This document shows, piece by piece, positions 27,114 to 38,194 of a DNA stretch of 64,000 nt (position 1 is its first letter; the number at the start of each line of letters is the position of its first letter). Source of the stretch: Haplodiscus bocki (lineage: Eukaryota); NCBI GenBank assembly GCA_965655095.1, contig OZ296659.1:70866001-70930000 (forward strand), written 5' to 3'. The notes beneath the pieces were generated by a model, which was given only the letters and a program-made list of their open reading frames with translations, did no database searches and was not told the DNA's origin. The position numbers and the translations under genes are program-made.

Positions 27114-27447
27114 AAGAAAAATAGAAAGTAAAAATTTAAGTTCCTCTCTGGTAGTTTTCAAAAGAACAGAAAACCAAAATTAAACCTAGAACTTTAACCA
27201 GAATGGACCTTTCACGAAAGGAACGTGGCTCCTTGAGCCACCCTGGAAACTTTCCCGGAAGTGAACTTTTTTATCGTTTTTGAATAAGATCCTTTTATTT
27301 TGTAGTGAAGGTAAAAAAATCAGGAAGCTGATAAGTAGTATACAAACGTAAAAGTTGTGTGTGAAGAAAGAAGAATATTTCAAAAAAAGTTATTTTTCAT
27401 TGTTGTGATAATTGTCATTGGAGAAAGTGGTTACACAAAACATAGTT

Positions 27448-28021
27448 GTGACAAAACTAATTAAAAGCTTTACCAACAGAACTTTGTTTTTGGTCCTTCC
27501 TGTTTCGGTAAAACTTATATTACAATGGAGAAACTGACAAAAAACTTTCACCAGAGGTTTTCTATTTCACCAGAAATTCTGTGAAATTTAATGATGAATT
27601 TGACTCTGAAGAAGCAGTTAGACAAATAATCAAATATTGATGAAGGTGGTATTGTAGTTTTTGGTGATATGGTAGATCTTTACGTATTTTCCACAAGAAT
27701 ATGTTTTTACGTTTTAGATGTCTTTTTTCAACCCAACCGCCTTTTGGTTTACCTAAAGACAAAAACAATAGAAAATAAAATCAACAAATTTATAAAGGCA
27801 GAAAATAGAAGATTTGGTAAACCTTTACAAGGATTTTGATGAATTTGATATCAGTCATGAGGAAGTTAAGGATATTACTGGAGGAATCTGGAAAATTGAA
27901 GAATGAAATTATTTTTTTTATTTATAGATTTAAATATAAAATTGAAGGAAATTATAGCTTTGGTTGCGGAAAAACATCAGAAAAGTATTTAGAGTGTTTA
28001 GCAGAAGCAAACCTCTCTTAG
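27448..28021 (+). pseudogene. A32/FtsK-like DNA packaging ATPase
   Basis: TKLIKSFTNRTL/FGPSCFGKTY is Walker A (~27490). GIVVFGDMVD is a degenerate Walker B (~27650). LDVFFSTQPPFGLPK and EFDISHEEVK follow. Confidence 0.82.
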
Positions 28022-28079
28022 TTCAAAAATCTGAAAAAAAACTTATTTGATAGCCTTGAAAGTGATATAAAAAGATGAA

Positions 28080-29230
28080 TGAAGAAATAATGCATGAAAT
28101 TGTTGAGGGAAAAAACGAGCAGCCATTTAAAGGTTAGCACTTTCACAATTAAATGTTAAATATTTACACTTACAAGAAACATTATCAAAACAAGTTTTCC
28201 GTTATAATTCAAGAGACCTTTTTGAACAAACAATAAGGTCATTTAAAAAAGTATGTCGAAAGGTTTTGATGGAATCTACTGTTTTAACAAAGGCAGAAAG
28301 AAAATTTCAAAATTCTTCCTATGATTAGACCTGTTCTTCGCTTAGAAGAGGAGCCACCTAAAGCTATAGCTAATCCAGAGCCGAACTTATTTACCGCAAA
28401 TGCAAGAGCTCGAAAAGTGAAAGTTATTTTGAATTACAGCAAAAATGAAGAGCCACTACTTTTTCAAGACAAACAACGTAGAATAGCTAAATAGAAAAAT
28501 GAAAAAAATTCTCAATTTGCATTCAAAGACGATGGTGCAAAAGTTTCTCATAATCTTCATTAAATCATAGACTAATTGAACGATTGGAAATCAAACTGAA
28601 AAATGAAAATCAAAAAAAGACTTCCAATGAAAATAGGAGTTAGGTTATAGATATGGAACTAATTGTATAAAAACTACGAAAAAAACCCGCTAATTTGGAA
28701 AAACTTAAATTTTTTTGAAAGAAATGGTTTTTAAACGTGGTGAAAAAGGTAAGAGAATTGGCATTTTTAATGGGTACTTACTGACTCTTTGACGATTTCT
28801 TCAGAACTGTAAAAAGATGTTGGGAAATCTAATGATGTTATTGAAAGTGTTGGTGAAGTAGAAGAATAATAACAATAAGGTTAATAATAGGAAGAAGAAT
28901 AAGAAGAAGAAGAAGAAGAAGAAGAACGAAAAGAAGAAAAGGAAGAGGCTTTTAATGGTAAGTTTCTAAACATCCCCAACCAGAGGCATGATGATTGAGA
29001 CACTTTTGGTGAGTTTCATTCTAGTTCACATTCAGGCTTAAAAACTTCGCTTCCGGAAAATCTATTTGAACTATGTAGAAGTTTACAAAAAAATTTTCCA
29101 AGAAAACTAGGCTGGAAATGACACTAACAGACTGGCTGATATTTTAGTTGCTAATTTTGATAAACTGTTACAGTAGAAAGGTATTACCAAAGCTTAACAT
29201 TATAGTAGTTTATTCAAATTCGAACTAATT
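28080..29230 (+). pseudogene. Conserved Polinton hypothetical protein with Glu-rich (GAA)n linker
   Basis: C-terminal LPENLFELCRSL..QEN*AGNDTNRLADILVANFDKLLQ resembles the P.EL.DRL.LL.....AGN......EI..I...L motif. The (GAA)n tract is at ~28890-28950. Confidence 0.55.
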
Positions 29231-29231
29231 C

Positions 29232-29552
29232 AAAGGCTTAAGTTAACTGATGTTTGTATGGTTGATAGGTCAATCCATAAATGTGTTCAAAATCATTTTT
29301 CACAAATTTTAATACTTACTGGAAACACACTAAACGAGCAAGTTCTTGTTGATTTAACAAGAGAAATGTCAACAGTGTCTTCAAAAGAGAATTATATTCA
29401 ATTACACTTTCTGATAAATCCAGCGGCTGCTGATGAAAGATATCAAAAAAGTGCCAAAGTAGAATAGGTAAAAATTTGGTTAATATTGAGCCAATTGTTT
29501 CAGCTCGTGAAGTTGAATAGCCAATTAGTAGTGGCAGAGAATTAGAAAGTAT
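29232..29552 (+). pseudogene. Major capsid protein (double jelly-roll), N-terminus, cut by gap
   Basis: VDRSIHKCVQNHFS..NTLNEQVLVDLTREMSTVSSKENYIQLHF...SSGRELE resembles Polinton MCP N-termini (N..I.I.I.R.D......SY..L.F ... G..LE.I). Confidence 0.65.
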
Positions 29553-29752
29553 NNNNNNNNNNNNNNNNNNNNNNNNNNNNNNNNNNNNNNNNNNNNNNNN
29601 NNNNNNNNNNNNNNNNNNNNNNNNNNNNNNNNNNNNNNNNNNNNNNNNNNNNNNNNNNNNNNNNNNNNNNNNNNNNNNNNNNNNNNNNNNNNNNNNNNNN
29701 NNNNNNNNNNNNNNNNNNNNNNNNNNNNNNNNNNNNNNNNNNNNNNNNNNNN
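29553..29752. other. Assembly gap (200 N)
   Basis: Run of n characters. Confidence 1.
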
Positions 29753-32700
29753 ATTTTTTAAAAGTTATTTCGTGATCTCAAATGGAAATATGCACACGAC
29801 TAAAATACACAGCTATATAGGAGAGATGATAATTTCTTCAGAATTTCAGAGTGAGGTAATCTAGAACCAATAAAAGAAACTCAGTGAATGTTTTTGAAAG
29901 ATCGAATTTACTTTGGTCACACGGATATACACCTGCAATTAATTTTTCACAGTATATATAAAGAAACTACAAAAAACGTCCGCCTTCAGTTTAAAGAGTT
30001 TAGGGACTTGATTGTCAGCAGAAGCATAGCTTATGTGAGAGTTGCTATTTGTATGTTTTATACTGAACTATGATTTCTGATTTCAACGGAGCAGTTCTAA
30101 ATTTATCCTAACAAAGAAACTAAAATGCAAATTAGCAGAAAAAAAATTGAAACATAAGGAACAACCACTATCTGAAAAGCAGAATCACCGAGAGGTGACA
30201 CAACTGAAAACTGAATCAGAATCAAACAATTCAAAACCAACTAATTTTGAAACAAAGAAGGAAAGCTTAAAATATTGGAAAACATTTTCATAGAAATTAC
30301 TTGCAGGTGGTTTTGTGGACCCCCGGAAAATTTTGCTGGAATGGAATTTACGTAGTTTGCACCAACTGGTTAAAAAAGTCTCTACTTCCGGAAATTGTGA
30401 GCCAGATGAAATTGATCTAAGAAATACTTGTTCCAAATCTCAAAAAATTTTATAAATTAAAACATAAAACCCTGAGCTCCATTCAGTTTTGGTCAAGCGC
30501 TCGATAAAACAGAAATTTGGATGATAGGACTAACCAGTTTGGAAATATATAGCAGGATGAATGAAATAAATGGGAAAAAAAAGAGAAAGAAAAGTTTTTT
30601 TTTAGAAATAATTGGTTCAAAATTCTGCTTAAAGAACGAGCCAACAAACGCGGGAAAAAATTATTGGACCTGACACGAGAGACTATTTTGTATAGTAAAT
30701 CTGTATTTTGAGAATTAGGTCACCAGTGTTTTAAATCAACAATTGGCAGGCCCAAATGAAGACTTCAAAAACGCAAAAAAAACATGAGTTTATATATATT
30801 TTGGAAAAACTTTCCGCTAAGAACCAGCCGGAAAAGTCGGTAACCTTTTCTCAGCACTCAGTGTTCAAAACATATTGATTTCGTATCAGTTGCGCCAGCA
30901 TACAAACCCACTGTTTGTATATGGTACTGATAGAAATCAAAAACAACGATTCGCCTTGAAAATTTTCGTTATTTTCGCTTTGTTTTCGTTAGTAACATCT
31001 CGGTCGAAAGTCTTCGGATGCTCATGATTTTGTCTATGATCAATGGCAATCTTGTCGTTCAGGTTTGTCTCGAAAAAAATATTGCCCTAACCATTGCGCT
31101 CAGAGATATAACGTTTGAAGGACAGAAAACGCAGAGCGATGTCACAATTCAAAAGCAAAAGAAATAAAAACATAGGCGCTAACGTGCTTAGCGCAAGGCT
31201 CGTGAAAAAAGTCAAAACTTTGATTGAATCGCTGACCATTTGCTTATGCAATACCAAAGAGCATGTAGCAATTTCCGGAAAGATTAGGCAGAGAACAACT
31301 AAGAAATAACAGCGGAGGTAACTATCCTAACTTCAAACAAACATGAGCTTGAAAAGAAAAATTAGTCATCTCAAAGGTCCAGCAAAGGCCAACCGGTGTT
31401 TGGAAAAAGCCGTTTCAGGGAATCAAGGTCCCAAAAAAAGACAACCAGAGTGTTAAATAAAGAAATACGAATGTGAAAACTAAAAATTTTCCGGAAAAAC
31501 TGTGTTTTCTCCATAAATTTTTGTAAGAAAACTCGATTGAAAGACTTTTCCAAACCCAAAATCACAAGAACACTGAAGAGATTTGAGTGTGATTACGCGT
31601 AGCACACTCGATGCTGTTTTCCAGGTGATGAGAGTTGCAGTCAAATTATCGCAAAGTGCAAAGTTAATTGAAAATTGCTCTACATTTTAAAAGTACATTG
31701 TCCATGTCACCTATTTGCGACCGAGCATACCTTGAAAAGCTCGCGACGCTTTCTCCAGGCAATCCAATTGGCGTCACCAAGTCATGAGACCCATCTTGCT
31801 TTAATTGTTCTTACAGCAAGAAGATAAATTGTCTTTAGAAGTCTTAAGGAAACTAAAGTTTTTTTTTACATTTTTCGGCAATGAATCCTCGAGAAAAAAT
31901 CATTCGGAGTCGCAACTTGCATCAAAAGCCACTAGTGAACACATTGCATAATCTGTTTTGCAATTCAAATGATATGCATAACTTCGAGGATCGCTGAACG
32001 CGCTAAACTCTAGGCAATGCAGAAATTTATTTGATAACTCTGTTTTTTTTCAGAACATTTTCAGCAAATATCTGGTGGGAAATTCAGAAAAATTTCGGGC
32101 TAAAAACTGAATGCAACCAAAGTTTCATAGTTTAGAGCCTAATTAGCATTGGAATGTCATAGACGGAATATTAGGCCAGAAGAGTGTGACAAAGTAACAC
32201 TTGCCTTCCGAAAAAACATTTCCAAGCTAACTGTAAAGACAGGACTCAAAATTATACATTTTGCTCTTTAAAAAATCTGAAAATTGATTTTTTTTGGCTG
32301 ATAACTCGCGGAAAAAAACTTCGGCGGCCGAAACTTTGGAATATGATAGATCGTGAACCCGTTGTAGTGTTTATACAAAATTCCGGTAAATCTGACCATT
32401 AGGTGCCGAGAAAATTTGATTTAAAGAGATGAAACGGAAAGGGATGTCACGGACGAGAAAAAAAAACAAAGTCATTTTGACGTGTTTTTGTGCGAAGAGG
32501 CTTCGCTCCGCTCGCCTACAAAACCAAGAAGAAAAAATCAATTTTTCACACGGGTATTCAATTGAAACTTTCACGGAAAGATTGTGAGATGCTGAAAAAC
32601 AGTAGAAGTCAATAAACTTAGGTTTTTAACTAAACTTAGAATTACATTCATTGGATCTTCATAAAATTGAGGTAGACGAAGATGGTGCTCCTTGTTTTAT

Positions 32701-35700
32701 AACCACGTGATTTCAACCACATAGCATTACTGGCTTAAATTTCCCAAAAAAGTATTTGCAATAACTTGAAAGATTCTGAAAAATACATGAACTATTTAAA
32801 AAGCGGTGTTTCGGTAGGAACTTTATGAATGGAACTGAATTGACTTTATTTGAAAACATTATACTTTACAACGCGATGCAACTTGCTGTCGTCATGTGCT
32901 TGCTTGCAACTCTCTTCAACCCACAAGGTGAGTCAATTAGTTTTTCTTAGAACTCAACGAAAATTCAGAAAAGTTGGTTGAAATTGAAAATCTTACATTG
33001 AGGAGCGTTCCAAAATTGACCAATAACTTTTCTGTTGACCGGTTGTCGAGAACTTTTTTCTCCTTCATTTTTTTGAATGATTCTAAGAACAGCTCTGGCA
33101 TTATCACTTTGGAGTTTTGCAAAGACGGTCTAAGTTGCTTATTTTTTGAGGACAATTCTGAAGTTGAACTTCCATTTTTTTAGCTATAAAAATACTATTC
33201 TTCCAAATATTTATAAGTACGCAGCAAAAACAAACCCAAGATTACTAAGTTCGAAGTTTCTTAAAACGAACTGCCCAGTCTCGCTAGAGGGCAACCATTC
33301 CGAATTAAAAAGTTATTTTTCAAGCCAAAAATTAATTATAAAGATACTCGCTACAGGTAAAAATACTAGGTACCAACTGAAACGGATTGTCGTAGCGTTT
33401 CACCATGTAAAAGGCTGGCAAGATTGAATTTGTGTAATGGAAAACTTACAGCCATAACGATTCTCACTTTGAGTGACACCGCACAATTTTTCAAAAATTC
33501 GAAAATCCTTTCCTGGTATTTCTCTGACATGCTGAGCATGCAAAAGAGCAATGGATGATCATAAAGATGGGAAACTGCATACCGTTCTTTTTGTTCTTAC
33601 CCCTTTCATAACGAGAACGAGAATTAAAAGATACAACGTAAATCCTCAAAATTAGACCAGAAATTCAAACTTTAACTATTTAGTTATAATATTATCGGCA
33701 AAATCTAAAAGTTGTTTCTCTGGAAATTCCTATTTTAGCCACCGAGTGAATCTAACCGACCAGAGTCAAACAAAAAAATTGTTAGACACTAATTTTAGGT
33801 TTCTGGAGTTGGTAGGCTCAACTTAAACGTTGTGAAATGCAGTCAATCCACGAAAGTTAATCCCCACTCTTGTCAGAGCCCAGCAGGAAATCCCGGGCCT
33901 TAAAATTGCAGATGACTCAGGGAGAGGAGAATCTTCCACACTCCGGTACTGAGTCATTTGTCGCCCGAACCTTTGTACCTGAAGCTTGTCAGAGGTTTCT
34001 ATTACATTGCATTATAGCCGTGCTATGATCTTGAAATGTTCAAGCTCACATCTCACCAGTGCTGTCATGCATCTTCACAAGGCCACCATACTTTTGCATG
34101 AATCTTTACAAGACTGCCGTGATCTTACACGATCATGGAATTCAGCCAAGACCAAAGGTACTGGCAAGTAATTACAATTTCAAGGCCAATACACTCGAAA
34201 AAGTCTCTCACCACATTAAAGCCATCTTTTTCATGAAAAACCTAGAACTTGTCTTCTCTTGTTACGTCTGGCCTATTATGAGCCTGGTAAAGTTCGAAAA
34301 GCTCCACATTGAAAAAAGGCTTGTGATTACTATAAAATAAAGTACTTGAATGTTCTTGTAAACGATCTCTCTCGTTAATTAAATCTCTATTTCAATCGGT
34401 TAGAACGGCCGATGAAACCTGTTTCATTCAGGATCACAATTGAAAAATCATGCGGTAACTTTCGTGGGGAAAAGAAGTTTTTGAAACTTCTATGGAAAAT
34501 ATGGAGAATTGAAAAAAAAAACAAATCCTTCTGGTGACTGCATAGTTCTCAAGTATCTGTAGTATACCACACAGTGTGCTGTTCATCAACGTAGTGTCGC
34601 GGGCATCTGGGGGAAGAAAAAAAAGTTGATGAGTGAAATTAATACTTGGTTCTCATTTTCAGTTTCGCTTAGAGCGGCGCGTGGCTAACGCTCCGTTTGT
34701 TGCTATAGTTAACACAACGATTGCGGTGCGTCAGTCGTTTCATTAAAGAAAAACGCGAAAACTTTTTGAGATTTATTCTTTCCTATTTTCAAGGCCTTGC
34801 TAGCCTCGCGAACAAAGATGGCTTAAACTCAGTAACAAGGACTTTACGAGCGATGAAAGGGAAATAGAAAGGAACAATTCAATTACTCTACTTACAAAAA
34901 GAAATGAAAATCGTTCGAGTGAAATGAAATGCAACTGCACTGAGTCATATTGACTGTAGGAGAGGAACGGAGAAGTGTAAAGTTATAACCGTCTCGTCTC
35001 ACAAAAATGATTTAAAATATATTGAACAGATTCATACGTAAACCATCAATTCCGTTACCAAATTCATTTTCCCTTGTACATAGAACTTTTGTCCCTTTGT
35101 AAATATTCCAAACGTGCAACATCAGCATTTGAATGTCTAAAGTGATTATCGTTCCAATTTATCAAAAATGTTAAAAATGGATTTGAAAATCTTTTTGAAA
35201 ATGAAAAAGATCGTTTTGACCAAAATAAAAAAATGTTAATGTATCAATGAAATCAAGACACCATTTTTTTCCAATAGAGTGATGGGAATAACAATAGATA
35301 TGGCGAAATTTCTCAATGATAAAAAATGAAATAACAAAAACTTTCCGAAAGAAATGGAATGAAAATAGGAAACATTCAGTTTAAAAGAGAGAATATTTTT
35401 TATTCCTTTGGTAGGATGAAGAGTATTAATTTTGCTGTTCCTAGCAGTGCTTTTCATTTTTTTGGTTTTTATGACATTTTGTAATTTAGTTTCATTTTTA
35501 ATCTATATGTAATTTATCCGTCTGTCCACACTCAGGGTCTAGGTTATCGCCGTCAGCTGGTTTGGGTCTTAGGATTCCTTTTGTTTTTTCAGTGATCAAG
35601 ATATCAATATCAAGCTGTGAGTTGAACAGGATTGTTTTCATGCATTTTAGTTTTTATCATCGACTCTGGTGACAAGCGGTCTGTAGTCTACCGAGACAGG

Positions 35701-36199
35701 TCTCTTAAGGTCCCTTTATTCGAGCAGCGATCAAGATCCGAACACCGATGAAGCCGTGAATATTAAACAGGGATATTATATGAATTTAAGTCTTCAAGGA
35801 ATTTTTAGTTTCATCTACGAACAATAACCATGCTCAACAGAGGCTACTTGTTTAAGTCTCCCATTTGTTCTCTTTTTTTCCAACCTACAATGATTAATCC
35901 GGAAATTGTGGAGGCTAGGTTTTATACACGTGCAAGAACTTATTGCATCTTGTGAATTCACAAGGATTTTTTGAGCTAGCCAGAAAAATACCAGGTCTTG
36001 TGATAAAAAGATTTTTCGTGAGAAAGCCAGTTATAATTCAGGTTTGAATTATGTTACGAATGAAAAATGTTAGGAATTGACCAGAGAGCTATACCGAATC
36101 CCGTTTAACAAAACCTGCAACTAACAGATACCAACGATGGAGTTGGGTGATCTGCGTAACGGCTTTGGGATTTTCCTCCGATAAACTTGACTTGCCATG

Positions 36200-36520
36200 A
36201 ATTCCACTGGGGAATTTGCGACTGAATAAAAATGAAATTGTCTTAGATTAGTTCTCATAAACTGAAGTGAATTTCCGACTTCCACAGAAAATAGGTTTTT
36301 CTTAGAAATATTATGGAGAGTCGAAGTGGATTTGCAACTGAGACAAAGAAGGATAATGTGTTAGGAACTTTATGAAGAACTGAAGTGAATTTGTAATTAG
36401 GACGAAATCAAATTTGCCTTGGAATTTTTTTGAAGAATCGAAGTGAATTCTTGTCTAGGACAAAAAATGAAGCTGTTTTGAAAAATTTGTAAAGAATTGA
36501 AGTAGGACTTAAACGTTTGT
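36200..36520 (+). repeat. Decayed ~59-bp minisatellite, 5-6 copies
   Basis: GAAGT(G/A)(A/G)(A/G) core at 36264, 36323, 36382, 36440 and 36499 (spacing 59/59/58/59). Confidence 0.75.
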
Positions 36521-37489
36521 TTGGGAAGAGCGAAGTGGAAATAGAATTTGGACTTATAATAATTTTGTCCAGGAGAGTAAAAGTGACAAGGGAAAGTTGG
36601 ACTTAAAGTAATTTGTCCAAAAAAGTAACGAGAAGAGCAAGAGGAGAAGAGAGCAAGTCGGAATAGGAGTGAGGAGTCTAGTCCGTTCAGCAGAAAGGAA
36701 AATTATCATCGATTTGGTTGCGCAGATGGACTCCAAAATAACATCATGCTGTCATACTATGCAACCAATAAAAAATCGGCTCGTAACAAGCATGTTAGCA
36801 GCTGGAGCCATAGGAGAATGGTACTAGTTACAATTTTTTGTAAAACAAATTTGTGGAATTGTAACGGTTCAGTTATTCCACCACTTTTTAATTTTCTCTG
36901 CATTATCGTCCCTTCAAAAAGGTTAGCATTAATTAACTGTTTTGAATATAAATATTCATCGTTCAAGCTTTGAATTGAATGCAATAGTAGGTAATATTGA
37001 TTATCTTTTCGCCGAATAGCCTTCCGAAATTACAATTCTGCAACAGCAGACCTATTACAATCACTTTTAATTACGAAGTGAAGGGAGCTTCAGGTTTTGC
37101 TCCGTGTGAAGAGCTATTGCGTTAAAAAAAAACAAAAAAAAAACAGCTTGAGAGCTGCCGCTCAAACAGAAACATCCCTGCAGTTAGCAGTTTAGCTTCA
37201 ACGGTGCATCGGAATATTTCGTTGATTATACAACCCAGTGATCAGAATCATGACAGGTCGTCATCATCTTGTCGAGTGAGAAAACTGATATGGTTCAAGT
37301 TTCCAAAAGTTTTCCCATTCAGTAGGAAGAACCTTCAAGAATTTTCGAGAAAAATTAAGTTTTTGCTGTCATTTTTCAGAAATTTGGGAAATTTTAAATT
37401 TCCTTTAATACCAGAAATGCCAATTTATTGACCACTTTATGCGTTTTTTTTTCACTTCTGACTACTTTATCACAATTTAATATTCATGT

Positions 37490-37930
37490 GTTAACATCAG
37501 AGCTGATTCCGTGTAAATCAGCGTTGAACAGCGCCGATTCAGAATTGAATCTATCTGAAACAGAGCGTAGTTTTCCAGTTCTGAACAGCCCTGACTCAGA
37601 GCTGATCAGCGCAGATGTTTTTCATATTCTCTAAATCAGCGCTGAAACAGGTCAAATCTCTGAAGCAGCGCTGTTCAGCTCTGATTATTTTTAGGACTTC
37701 AAAGCGGGTTTTGAATTCAACCTCCTTTGCAACGCTAACTTACTACTAGAGTGTTCAAACTGCTCGATTAATTTGAGACTTGATTGGACCCGGATTGAGG
37801 TCTCAGAGATATTCAGATAAGCTTGAGCTGCGCTGTTTCAGTTCTGATTTAGCGCTATTCATTGATTGAAAATCTATGGACAGCACTGAAAGGCCGAACT
37901 TTTAGAGCACAAAATTAACGCTGAACATCG
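37490..37930. repeat. Cluster of CAGCGCTG/TCAGAGCTGA palindromic motifs (MITE or satellite-like repeat)
   Basis: More than ten variants of (T)CAG(C/A)GCTG(A) within ~440 bp. Confidence 0.55.
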
Positions 37931-38194
37931 ATGCCTAGCTTTCATAGTAGTTTTGCTATTTAGTTTACGAGAGTTCGGAAATTGGCAAAATGACGTCTTG
38001 TTTCGGGTGAGTTCTCTTTTTTGCTATTTTCCAGTGTTGACAATTCCAGATTAGAAGAAAAACCGGTACCTGTCTCGTATGCGGTCGGCATTAGTTCATG
38101 CCAATGTTTGTTTTTGTCACACTTTTGCCAATCAGGAAAGGTTGCAAAAACTATTGAAAAAACATTTTCAATAGTTAATTATGCACTTTGTTAG

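Larger units (their letters stand above)
15661..29552 (+). mobile_element. Fossil Polinton/Maverick (adintovirus-like) element with all genes pseudogenised; truncated by assembly gap
   Basis: Co-oriented remnants of pPolB, rve integrase, adenain-like protease, minor capsid, A32-like ATPase and major capsid (listed below). No TIR or TSD found for this copy. Confidence 0.85.

Noticed and set aside
29753-34500. Numerous 60-93-aa ORFs after the gap
   Set aside because: No recognisable domains or consistent exon structure; treated as intergenic or decayed repeat DNA.
35536-35760. Possible 5' exons of the EGF gene
   Set aside because: Splice-like signals exist, but I could not build a stop-free, phase-consistent link to the downstream exons.
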